Shown one piece after another: positions 13,549-25,637 of a stretch of 64,000 bases of DNA. Each line of letters opens with the position of its first letter. Position 1 is the first letter of the stretch. The translations under genes were made by a program, and so were the position numbers. The stretch comes from Chiloscyllium plagiosum (Eukaryota). Below the pieces are notes generated by a model that saw nothing but the letters and a program-made list of their open reading frames with translations, had not been told where the DNA came from and did not search any database. The stretch lies in the NCBI RefSeq assembly GCF_004010195.1, contig NC_057719.1:63698602-63762601 (forward strand), given 5' to 3'.

Positions 13549-15940
13549 TGCTCTTTTCAGTAAGTATAGGAGCAGGCACATTCAGACTCCCCACCCATTA
13601 AAGCAAACTTCTCAGCAAATCGCGGACCTTGACCCTGAAGTTCATTATATTAAAAGTTGCTGGCCCTCAGAAGCCAGTCAGCTTTGGGTCCTCAAGATCA
13701 TCACCACAACCTCACAGTTTGGAGCCTAAATAATGAGAAGCTAAGTATTTCTCTCTCAGGTCTCTCCAGTCTCTGACGCAAGGAGACTTGGTGGCAAGAA
13801 TAGGAGTTGGTCTTTGGCAGTGACTCCCTTGATGTTCCATTCCTCATTGACCCATATTAAGCAAAAGAGAGAGGCAAGAGAGGCCCTCTCCCCTTTCAAC
13901 CTGGCAGACAGATTTCTCTGAGAATCCAGTCACATTTCCCATCTGCTGGGAAGGCGAGTACTTGGGTCTCGGGTAAATGGAGCCTCTTACATGGCTGCTG
14001 ATTGACCATTTAATGACATTAATTGGTGACAAGTCCAAAACATTGTCCATAGACCCTTTCATTCAGTATTTAATTGCCTAGACATTAAGAAAGGACTCAA
14101 CTTGCCCAATTATTTGGTCTTCTCAGCATCCTCCTTGCCAGCTCTAGGGAGAGGATAATCATTCCTTTGAGATTTGTTTTGGCTCTCTCAATTAGGCCAT
14201 AATTGGTTTTTTTTCTGATTATGGGAAGAAGAAAGGAAAGAACTGATCAATAATAAAATTAGGTTGGCCATATTCAGATTATGAATTCTACTTGGTTCAC
14301 CTTCTGATTTCTTCTCGTATAATGGAATGTGTAGATTTGTTCAGTTCCTTTACACTAGAGGTTTGGAGATTGCCAAGGTTTTGATATTCTATTTCTCTGT
14401 TCTGCATGTTTTTAATCACAAAATGAAATAGAACATTTTCTTGATTAGGTACAATCACTACAAAAAAACCCATCAGTTTTTATATTATTCGTATTTACTG
14501 AAGAATGTTCTTGAAGCTGCTTCCACCCGACCATTGTACACTGGAAGTCTAGTAAGAGAATTGCAAAAGCATAAATAAACAGAATTGTTCTGATGAAGTA
14601 TAAACATCTACAAGGAAATTCACAGCCAAGCAAATGAAACTTAGACCATCAAAGTCTTTCAGCAGTCTGAGTTGTGGGGAGCTGCATGAAAATATCATTC
14701 TGGTTTTGTTACTGCAAGTATACAATTAACTGTAGTGTTTTGGGAACATGCCACCCTTCAACTTGATATTTCTGTCACCTTCATGTTTGTTCAAAACCAT
14801 AGTAGTGTTTCTAATTCTGGTGCACATGAGCGCATAAATTTCAGTCCTAGAGTTGAAATTCTTTGCAAAATTCTAAGTATTCTGGCAATGATGTTAGCCA
14901 CAGACTCTAATGATGAATAGCCCTTAAATTTGACACACGAGAATTTGATTCTGGCACACCTTTTTCGGTGCTGTTGGATTTATATATCCCTTACTATCAT
15001 AAAAAACATTGCTTGGCTTTATTCAAATTGTGTTTGATAGCATGAACTATCATATTGAAAGCAAATTAAACCCCCTTCTCCAAGGGACACTGCATAAAAA
15101 TAATGGCATTCATTTAGTTTTCTAAGTTTGTATTCTTGTTTTCAAATATAAAGACAGTAAAGATTTTTTTTGTAAATCCTTTTTAGCCATGGCTTTCTCC
15201 AGGATCAAACTATTATTCCTAAACCAAGGCTGTTCTCATTGCTAATCAGTTTGACTTTGTGTCCTTCAATCACTGTTAATTTGGCATCACAGAGGGGTCT
15301 TTGAATTGTGGACTAAAAGCAAATACCATTCTTTGTCGTTTAATTGAAAAATACAAAGTGTTATACATTACTATTACCTTTTCAATAACATTTAAATGGT
15401 ATTTTAGCTAATTTTGCTAAAAAGGATTTAGACCTTCAACTTCTAGTTCAAACTGGAACACATAATGTTAATTTCCTTTAATACAATAACAGGAATGATT
15501 AAATACATATTTTGCATTTTATGACCTGCACCTCCACAGTGTTGCCAACTTGATTTTTTTCTCATCTTTTCAATAACATTTATGTTAGGATTGTTTCAAT
15601 TGGACAGTTCAACAAGATGTCGACAGTGACTTCTTTGTAATAAAAGTCTTCCGATGGGCATTTACATCACAAGTCTTTGTCATTGTGTTGCTGTACTTTG
15701 TTTAAAGAAACCATTTAATTGGTCTGTCATTTAAAATTGTCCTGTCTGTCATAAAGTAGTGTTTAAGTGGTTGGCAATGCTGTATGGTAATCATATGGAG
15801 ATAGCTGGGATATTGAAATGTTTGCATGAGATGTCTTGCATATTTTGAACAGTCACGTAATTTGTTTTTTAAGTTCACATTTCTTCGTTCTTCTGTCTTT
15901 AACACTTCTCCTCCCCCTCCCCCACCCCACCCCAATGTAG

Positions 15941-15997
15941 CAACTTCGAAGGGCGGATGATGCGAAAGGAGTTGCTAGTAGAGGCGGATCTCTCAAA
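15941..15997 (+). CDS. GPHN: Gephyrin C-domain alternative cassette exon, C4a-like (19 aa, QLRRADDAKGVASRGGSLK)
   Basis: C-rich tract ending ...aatgtag acceptor; 57-nt phase-0 open exon; AAA|gtaaat donor. Peptide matches recalled mammalian cassette QIRRPDESKGVASRVGSLK. Confidence 0.93.
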
Positions 15998-17340
15998 GTA
16001 AATATGTTCACAAACTTTCTACAAGTTTGTTTACACAGTTCTCTCTCTCAAATTATGCTTCAGCATTTCGTATTTGCTTTCTCTACTGCCTCCCATTTTT
16101 TCCCCAAACTTGCAATTTTTGGCTTCATTGCTTTTCATACTTTGCAGTAGTCCCTATATAACGATTATTTTCACGTTGAGTTTAATGTTACTTATTTGTG
16201 TTTAGAAATTGAAGAAAATGTGGTGTTCCTACTTCTCTGTTATGCCTTCTCTATCTTTCCAGCTTCTCTGCTGTTTGATAGTTTTTATCACAAGCTCTTT
16301 CCCTTTGTTTCATTTTCTGATATTCTCATGCAGCTTGTTTACTAAATGAATGTAAAAGATATTATTTTAACGTACATCTGTTAAAGTTTCAAGTAACAAA
16401 ATTGGTAGATTACTTATTAGACATAAAAATGCGCAGCTGCTTATCTTATTTGTCAGCACTAGGTTTAGCAACTTGACACAATGTTCCTCATTCCCTGAAA
16501 CTGAAGGTTATCAAAACTTAAAGCTGCAATTTATTATAGAAAATATCTTGATCATCTTTCTTCAGGCATTTTAATTCATTGATCCTTTTTGCCTTAACAA
16601 AACATGTTGGGAACCAAACAAGAATAACAACTTGATATTTATTAAATAACAACACCAAGTTGTTTTATGGTTATATTCAAATGAAAATGCTCAGAAATGT
16701 TATCATCATAGCCATTTCTTTTAAGTAGTTGAAATGTCTTTATCTGATCATGGTGTTTCACTGATGACTATTTAGGTAAATAGCGATGGCTCCAGAGGGT
16801 GCTGTAGAACCACTCCTCCTCAGATTAATTTGATATTCCCTCCTTTCTTCCATGCCCAATTTATTCCTTTGAAAGGGCCACCAGACTTGTATTGTGAGGA
16901 AGATTAGTTGGGAAATGTACAGCCAATGCTGCTACCAGCAAATCACAGGATATTGTGTGTGTCAAAGGGCCCCAGTTTGTGCATTCGAATATTGATTTCT
17001 GGAGGCCACAGTGGTAGTTCTCTGTTATTGTGACAGTGACAGTGTTGACAGGCAATCCCATTTATGATGTATTGACACTGATCTTGACAAGTTAAAATTG
17101 ACCTTGTTGCTTCGAAAGAATATCTAATTTATCTATCATAGGATGTTACTATGATGTTTTTTTGTTCCCCTTCACCTTAAAATACCTTGTTGAAACTAAA
17201 TTGATTTGGCCTTCTCATAGCTCACTGAATAATTACATCACTGATTGTATGGTATTATGCAGACAGAAATTTCAAACTTTAGTTCTGACGTGTGAGTTCA
17301 CTGCTATCAGTTAGAACTGTGTTGAACTTAACCTCAGTGA

Positions 17341-17656
17341 AGGAGAAAGTGAGGACTGCAGATGTTGGAGATCAGAGCTGAAAATGTGTTGCTGGAAAAG
17401 CGCAGCAGGTCAGGCAGCATCCAAGGAGCAGGAGAATTGACGTTTCGGGCATGAGCCCTTCTTCAGGAATGAGGAAAGTGTGTCCAGCAGACTAAGATAA
17501 AAGGTAGGGAGGAGGGACTTCGGGGAGGGGCGTTGGAAATGCGATAGGTGGAAGGAGGTTAAGGTGAGGGTGATAGGCCGGAGTGGGGGTGGGGGCGGAG
17601 AGGTCAGGAAGAAGATTGCAGGTTAGGAAGGTGGTGCTGAGTTTGAGGGTTGGGAC
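17341..17656. mobile_element. Penelope-like terminal fragment
   Basis: Same terminus as the 7130 and 23404 elements, extending into a G-rich body. Hammerhead core CTGAAGA...GAAACGTC on the - strand at ~17440-17467. Confidence 0.8.
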
Positions 17657-18253
17657 CCTATCACAGTATTATCACCCAGGGATTTTGTTGTTGAAATTTA
17701 AACCCTTACATGAAGAAAAAGTTATACTGCGAAATGAAGTTTTACACACAGCATGGTGAAGCACACAATGAATAAAGGGGATATTTCGGGGAACCTTTAA
17801 CTGTATATTTTGTTCATAATTATAACCAAATGAATTTTGAAATGTTAGAAATGTTAATCAAAAATAATAAATTATGAGGGGAACCTCAGGGGTTAAGATG
17901 ATGCAATGCACCATGGTGCCATATCATCATTGTTTGAGAAACTGATGTCAGGAGAAGTGATTGCAAGAACACATTTAATTAGTTTGTTCAGGTTTCATGA
18001 TGGTGTTACAGATTCTCGAGGAAAGTGTATTCAGCTTGGAATTTTCAGTAGTACTTAATTACGAGAATGTGCAACTTATGTTTCACTATTTTCTTATCCA
18101 TTTACTGAATGAAATAGTCCTGTGAAAGCTGTACCTGCTTGAATGATAGCTAAGGCTTAATAGTGTAATGTGCAATGCAGAGAAAGTAGGATAAATTAAA
18201 CTTATGCACATAAAAGACAAATGTATTTTTAATCACAACTGTTTATACATTAC

Positions 18254-18580
18254 GGGCGGCACGGTGGCACAGTGGTTAGCACTGCTGCCTCAGAGCGCCT
18301 GAGACCCGGGTTCAATTCCCACCTCTGGCGACTGCCTGTGTAGAGTTTGCACAGTCTCTCCGTGTCTGCGTGGGTTTCCTCCGGGTGCTCCGGTTTCCTC
18401 CCACAGTCCAAAGATGTGCAGGTCAGGTGAATTGGCCATGCTAAATTGCCCGTAGTGTTAGGCAAGGGGTAAATGTAGGGGTATAGGTGGGTTGCGCTTC
18501 GGCAGGTCGGTGTGGACTTGTTGGGCCGAAGGGCCTGTTTCCACACTGTAATGTAATGTAATCTAATCTAATCTAATCTA
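18254..18580 (+). mobile_element. HE1-type SINE
   Basis: Full A/B boxes, conserved core and (TAATC)n tail. Confidence 0.93.
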
Positions 18581-18649
18581 AAGAAAACTCAGTGGAAAAT
18601 AGCTAACACGATGAAGCTGTACTCTTTACAGCAGAGAATGTGAAAATTA

Positions 18650-19005
18650 AATTTAATGGAGGTGTTGAAATTCATGAACAGTTTTGGTGAGGAAAAAAAA
18701 ATTTCCGGTGAGCAGAAAGGTCAGTAATGAGAGGACACAAACTTAACATGATTAATGAAAGATCCAGAGGAGACATAAGTTGATATTTCTTTTACACAGT
18801 GAGCTATTGCCCAAAATACTTGTAAAAGCAGAGTCAATCATGCGTTTGTAAAGAAACTGGGTAACTATCAGAGAGAAAAAAACATTTCTGAGGCTGTGGA
18901 GACCAAGCAGGGAAGTAGGAGTAATGGGACAGCTCTACTAAAAAGCAGGGACAAGGTGTGATGAACTAAATGACCTTTCCTATACTATATCTTGCCGTGA
19001 TTCTA
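18650..19005 (+). mobile_element. Highly degenerate CR1 3' end
   Basis: Remnants gaggtgttgaaattcatgaac, atgagaggacacaaacttaa and ttctttacacagtgag. Confidence 0.55.
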
Positions 19006-20952
19006 AATTCCAAGGAAGCTCAAAATATAAGGAAAACCCATACAAGGTTGAATATTGTTATTTTAGTGTTATTTTTCCATTTCATGGAAATCTGGCACAT
19101 AGACTTTGCTGTTGCTTGTGTTTATGTGATTTGGAATTTTCAAAAATGGTCAGTTTAGGGCATGACTGAGACTTCTGTGTTGTGCGATTCACATTTTTTC
19201 GGATGCTTCTAAAACCAAATCTGGTATAAAAACTAAGGCATCACATAGAAAAATTATCCATAAATTTAAAAATAAATTTAAAAATTTATTTTTAAAAATC
19301 TATTTGCATTTCACTAACGAGAGCTGATCCCATTAATTGTTCTGTGGTATCCCTGATTCGCTCACAACAGTCTTCTCCCATTTCGATTGCATGGAATCTC
19401 CTGGATACTAGCGCATGACATCACATTTGTAGCTTGCTAAATTAAAGCATAGACACTAAAGTTGCTATAAAATTAACCCACGGATATATTTTTAAAAGCT
19501 TTGACAAATAGAAATGGCTGGACTGCACTAATCTGACCATGATCTGCACAAGCTTATACTCTGTACTTCTGATTTCAGTATACTGTCACCTTGTAATCAG
19601 CTTTAGATTCCAGTTCTCTAATAACTTAGTGAGCAGTTTAATATTAATTTTGATTAATCTTGGTTGAGCATTCGAGCTCACCTATCAATTTGATTTCATA
19701 TAAATTTGCAACTAAATTAGATGCTACTTGGCTATAAACCCAATATGTGTTTTTAACATTTGTTATGAAGATTTATTGCCCACATGTTAGTCTGCTTTTT
19801 CGTATCAAGCATAGCAGCAGCCATTTTAGCCAGAGGGCACGCATGGTCTTTCTCATTGCTGTTGTTTTTGTCACAAAAGAACATCCATGTTTTACTCCCT
19901 TGCAAGAATTTTTTATCTTACATGGGTGACAGAGTTTAATTTGCCTCAGTACAATTGTAGATTGCATGATTCTGTCACAATCTGCTAAGTGGCTATAAGG
20001 AAATGATGTGAAGGAGCAATGTATGGCTGCAGTTTTTAAATTACAAAATATCATTGCTACTGTCATCTCACCTGCATTCCCACTTTATATGTAATTAACC
20101 TTAACTGACTATTGGAAGACATAAAGGTCAATATCTTAGCCTCAGGGAACATGTTGGACTAGCATGTGGTAATTGTCACTGCATGTGGTTTGAATGTAGG
20201 TAGGTGAGGTAAAATTAGGATTAGGGATTAGTTGGTCTCCCTCACTTGAATGTCCCACCGAAATGTACAAAAAAACTAGTTGGTAATCTCAATTATGCTG
20301 TTCAGGAGCTAAATGATCTTGACTAACATCAGTACAAAGCAAAGATGTTATGAAGGAAATAGTGGATCCTATAGGGAAGTAAACCATTTTTGATCATTGC
20401 AAAATTAAAAAGAAGCCTGCTTTCAATGGAAGATTATTGTATTTGTCAAGTAGCTAAACTTGATTCATAGCCTAATGAAATTTATTTTAAGCTCAGTAGC
20501 AACTACAGGAGCGTTGATTATGTAAATGTACTACCCAAAAAGGCCTATGCAAGTCTCCTGACATTATAGTTCCGTCTGGAAGTTCAAAATTGGCGTGTAT
20601 CCATAGACATTGACGATCTCTTCTATTTAACAGCCTTCCCCGTCCAATTGATTTGAAATGGACTTATAATTGATGAAGTGCATTAATGTGAACAACATAA
20701 TGTATCCGAGCATTGCATTTTCAAAAAGAAACAAAAATACCCTAAAAATTGCTTCACTAACTACAAAACTATCCCAAGTATGCACTATAATTCATTGCAG
20801 CTTTAAGTATTTGTCCAGAAAATTCCTTAGGGAACAAGTCTGAAATGCAAGTTTACAGGTTTTCAAGTTCAATTTCTTCCAAAAGTGGTGAGGAATGTAG
20901 TATTAAATGAAAGGACAGGTTGTTTAAATCATTTTCTGATGTTTACATATAG

Positions 20953-21018
20953 CTCCATCGAAAGCTGGAGGAGCTCAGAGATCAGCTAGAAGGAAATGTG
21001 AAAGGAGGCTCTCTCAAA
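20953..21018 (+). CDS. GPHN: Gephyrin alternative cassette exon, C4b-like (22 aa, LHRKLEELRDQLEGNVKGGSLK)
   Basis: gtttacatatag acceptor; 66-nt phase-0 open exon; AAA|gtaaat donor. Matches recalled mammalian LHRKLEELRDHLEGNVKGYSLRVN. Confidence 0.92.
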
Positions 21019-21885
21019 GTAAATATATAATTTTACCTGGTGATGTTTTTCTCCTGCTGGCCGATAACACCAGCTCAAACTTTTTGCTTTCATTCTTTTT
21101 CTCCTCCTCCCCTCCTCTTCCTTCTCATCCACAACAGGGGTTTCATTAGGATTGAGACTGGAGACTGAGGACGAGCTCTTACATCGAATTATCAATTTCA
21201 GTTCCCCTATCTTATAGAAATAAATGGTATCCATTTTGTTTGCTCTATATTGGTGTATTTGGAAAGGTAACATCAAATCTACATTACAGAAGTCATGCCA
21301 GTTTCCACCAGACAATTATTTTATTCCACTTTTGCATCTTTAGTGATCAGTATTGAAGTATTTGAAGCAACAAGTCACCCTTTTCAGGTTTGTAAAGAAT
21401 TTATAAGGTCTGTTCACAACAGAGTTTGACAACTGTGATGCAGATTTGATTGTTGGTACTCCTGGCAGTACTGGGTTTCTCTTAGCCTTTGTTGAAAATA
21501 GCCCCTTTACAGCACCTTCAACTAAGCAGTCATTAAAATTTTATTTGATTGTACAAGTCTTGTGAAGACCTTCATAAAATTTAAATGAAAAGTAATCTGA
21601 TCCACAAATGGTGTGAAATTCTTGCAGGAGGATTAGGAAGACTCTTTCTCGGATATAGGGAACAAAAAGGATATAGCCTCTTCTGTGTTGGCACAAGCTC
21701 ATGGTATTTAAAACTCAGATCTTGCATAGTTTACCTTAGCCACCACCTTCAAGAGAATATATATTAATGAAACCCCTGCCTTCTGCCTCAGAGCTGGAAC
21801 CACCAATGCAGAGAACCTCTTCAGACCCTGACTCAGCACCCCTTCCTCATTAACGGTGTTTTCTTTTCCCTTGCTGCACAACCAG

Positions 21886-21927
21886 GCTGAGCTCTCTTCA
21901 TGCACACCTTCTTATTGTGCTACAGAG
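21886..21927 (+). CDS. GPHN: Gephyrin alternative cassette exon, C4c-like (14 aa, AELSSCTPSYCATE)
   Basis: Pyrimidine tract ttttcttttcccttgctgcacaaccag; 42-nt phase-0 exon; GAG|gtacac donor. Same length as recalled ARLPSCSSTYSVSE with 6/14 identities (A,L,S,C,Y,E), and in the expected order between C4b and C4d. Confidence 0.8.
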
Positions 21928-23403
21928 GTACACTGCACGTGTTCTTGCATCATAATGCACAACTGTGTTGCTTTGCGCCCTGCTCTTGTAAACACAGTAT
22001 TTACAATTCTGCATGTTGCCTTTGATGACTTTTTTTCTGATTTGGAATAAAATAAGCAGTGTTGTAAGGGTATAAGAATCATGGGGAGGTAGAGAGTGGA
22101 GGGATTTTTTTTTACCTCCAAACATTTGCTATTCTTTAACAGTCTTACATCAGTCTTAAAATGGCAATATAAACCTTTTAAAGGCTGTTAGGAAATAAAT
22201 AAGAAACAAGATGGTGCTGTCTTTAAACACAAGTCTGGTAAGTACCGAAAATATAAGGAGGCATTTTATTTACTGCTGACATTGCATTGGCTTCATAAAC
22301 TTGACTTACTTTTTTCTGTGTTTTTGTTTTGGGGAGAAGTATGTGTAAAATCTCATTATCTTCTCTAGTCACGTTGAAAGCGCATGGGTAAAAGAGTTCC
22401 CTCTCACTTTCTTATGTGTAGTATATTTTTCAAAATTGACATCCTACTTCTGAAGGCACAAGGTACAAAGAATGATGTGTTGCAACCAATTCAAAATTGT
22501 TCACTTTATTGAATTCTGTTTGTAGGAGCAGTGGAAAGATTTTGCGAGATTCATCATAAAAATGCATATGCATCTAGCTTTCATCTCCTCCAGGATTATT
22601 TTCTGCACTCGTCTCATGGATTTTGCTAATGTAATATTGGAAAAATCTGGAGAACTAAAGAGTTGAACACTTTTTTTCTCCAAGTCTTTCACTTTATAAT
22701 GCTAAAGGGTTGTCAGCAGCTGTTGGGAATATCATTTCTTTCTGATGCAAAACTCAGTCAGCCTCTTTCCCATAGTAAAGTCTTTATCTGTTGTCACAGT
22801 CAATGCCCATCTTGTGGATGGATGGGTAGTGTTTTAAAGTATTCTGAAAATTCATTAAATGCCAAATCTTGTTCTGATTTAGATTAATATCACAGCCCTA
22901 TAATGAATAACTAAGGAGATTCTTGCCGGGCAGTGCACCAAGTCAAATTTATATCTGAGGAATTATCAGGCTGCAGTTTTTATTTTGGTAACTTCACAGG
23001 ACAGACAAGATTGGCTGTCAAACCACCTTGATCAAGTTAACAGAAGGAATTGCGTACAGGAGTGGGCAGACGGATAAAGAGACTTAGAGATTGGCGGTGG
23101 GTAGTGATCATTTTCTGCAGGTTCTTCAAAAGGAAACACTTTACTTGAAATTGATTAAACAATTTATCATGGTAGTTTGATACCAATTAGCACAAAACTG
23201 TCCCATAGTGATTCTCTTCTCTTTGTTGGGCTTTATTTAAATTCCCATGGGAAGTAATTAAATCATAATGGAACTAGATTAATTTAGGATATCTGGTTGA
23301 CATGGACAAGTTGGACCAAAGGGTCTGTTTCCATGCTGTACATCTCTGTGATTCTGTGATATATGTTGTCTTAAAAGTAATATGTTGGCCAATTCTTCAA
23401 GTA

Positions 23404-23869
23404 GAGAGAAAGTGAGGGCTGCAGATGCTGGAGATCAGAGCTGAAAATGTGTTGCTGGAAAAGCGCAGCAGGTCAGGCAGCATCCAAGGAACAGGAGAAT
23501 CGACGTTTCGGGCATAAGCCCTTCTTCAGGAATGATCTTCTGCACATCCCAAATTAAATTGTTCCATCATTAGCTGCAAAGACCCAAAGCTTTGAAATTC
23601 CCTTCCTGAGCCTCCCTTGATCTTATTTACCATATTTTGCTACTCGTGACAATAACCTTTTTGCTCAGGATTCTGCTATAAGGCTGCGGAAATACCAGTT
23701 TGGAGAGACTTTCGTTCTACTCCTTTGTCATAATCAATAAGTTATTCAGAAATGCACACAACGCTCTGTGTGAAGAATTATTCCTGAAGAAGGGCTTATG
23801 CCCGAAACGTCGATTCTCCTGTTCCTTGGATGCTGCCTGACCTGCGCTTTTCCAGCAATACATTTTCAG
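23404..23869. mobile_element. Composite Penelope-like insertion: inverted termini enclosing a captured inverted copy of 24655-24904
   Basis: TSD CAATTCTTCAAGTA at 23390-23403 and 23870-23883. PLE termini at ~23404-23535 and ~23780-23869. The middle 250 bp is the reverse complement of 24655-24904. Confidence 0.9.
23780..23815 (+). ncRNA. Minimal hammerhead ribozyme motif (PLE type), sense to the GPHN pre-mRNA
   Basis: CUGAAGA-A-GGGC(UUAU)GCCC-GAAA-CGUC: complete core, stem II and palindromic ACGU in place of stem III. Stem I is weak. Confidence 0.6.
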
Positions 23870-24739
23870 CAATTCTTCAAGTAACCCTATAAGAAAAACA
23901 TCATACTTCATTTTCCGCATAGTAGAAGAAAGATAACTCTAAGAATATCAGAAAAATATCAAGCATTTTCAGAAATTTTAGGCTAGACTCATTTATTTCT
24001 CAACCTCCCAATGAACAACCATCTTCAATTCTCTATTTTGCATCCTAATGTTTATTTTGCGAAGGGCTAGACTTTGTGGTGCATTCTCTATTTCATAGCA
24101 CATTATTTTATTTCATATGGAACTTATTTTATTGTATTTGTATAAATTCCATTAATAGCTCACCATGTAGATATGCCACTTTTGACAGCAATGCTTAACC
24201 CAAAACCTCAACACATGGGCAGAGAAAAACTTACCATGGTGCCATTTGTACTTCATTGGTAACCCCATGTTCTTATTTCTCCTTCCGGATCTTAAAACCA
24301 TTCACGAGGACCCAACAAATTTCTTCTTTTGCTCTTCTGTAGCCACCCAGTTTATCATTATCACTAGAATTGGAAATTGAACCTTGTCTTGCTCAGAACT
24401 TATAAAAGTATCAGTGGAAAGCAACTGCCCTCTGGTGTTGACCAGACGTCTGAGTCTACCTGCTCTCTCCGGGCATATGGAGTTAATTTTCTGCATATTT
24501 CAGCATTTTCTAGTTTGTTACAGTTGCACTATTATCTGCTTTTATTTGTCCTGTGGTCCTAGATTTGCCTCTGTAAATAACAGATTAGATGTGTTATCAC
24601 TTGAAATTTAGACAGATCCACAGAAATGTTCAGTTTTCACAGAGGAAGGAAGAAAATAATTCTTCACACAGAGCGTTGTGTGCATTTCTGAATAACTTAT
24701 TGATTATGACAAAGGAGTAGAACGAAAGTCTCTCCAAAC

Positions 24740-25625
24740 TGGTATTTCCGCAGCCTTATAGCAGAATCCTGAGCAAAAAGGTTATTGTCACGAGTAGCAA
24801 AATATGGTAAATAAGATCAAGGGAGGCTCAGGAAGGGAATTTCAAAGCTTTGGGTCTTTGCAGCTAATGATGGAACAATTTAATTTGGGATGTGCAGAAG
24901 ATCAGAATTGGAGGTGCACAGAGATCTCAGCAGGCTGTATGGGTGGAGGACATTAGAAGTAAGAAAGGGTAAAGCCATGGAATAATTTGAAAACAAAGTT
25001 GAGAATTTTAAAAGCTAAACATCGCTTGACCAGGAGCAAGCGTCAGCAAGTGAGCATGGAAGTAATTGGTGAAAGGGCTTGGTATAAGTTAAGTTATGGG
25101 AACAGAGGTTTGGAGGAAATCAAGTTTACAGAGGGTGAAAGGTAAAATGCCAGCCAGGAGAGCAATGTGATAATCAAGTAGAGAGATAACAAAAGCATGG
25201 ATGATGATTTCAGCAGTAGATAAGCTTGAGGCGTAGGTGAAGAGGGGCAGTGTCGTTATAGGGATGGACTGCATAAGTGATCAGAAGCTGATCTCAGAGT
25301 TAAAAAGGGCACCAAAGTTGCAAATAGTCTGGTTCAGCCTTGTGCATTGAAATGAGAATAGGTTAACTTTGGGGGCTGGGAGTGGAGCTCAGGGCAGGGA
25401 ACCAAAGACGGTGACTTCAGCTTCCTGTGTATTTATGAAGGAACTTTATGTTCAGCCATGACTGCATATCTGGCAAGTAGCATAAAAAAATTAGAAGCAC
25501 TCAAAAGTTGATAATATAGTGGTAGCAAAATAGAACTGTGCTATCAACATAAACATGGAATCTGACTTTTTTCCTCAATGATGAGAAATAGAAGGGGCTG
25601 AGGATAGATCATTGAAGGATATCCG
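24740..25625 (-). mobile_element. L2 LINE fragment
   Basis: Peptide AEIIIHAFVISLLDYHIALLAG resembles the L2 ORF2 motif LIHAFVTSRLDYCNALLAG. Confidence 0.75.
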
Positions 25626-25637
25626 AAGTAATAGTGT

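Noticed and set aside
22916..22959. Segment ending ATATCTGAG, first considered for cassette C4c
   Set aside because: No GT donor and not frame-preserving; 21886-21927 fits much better.
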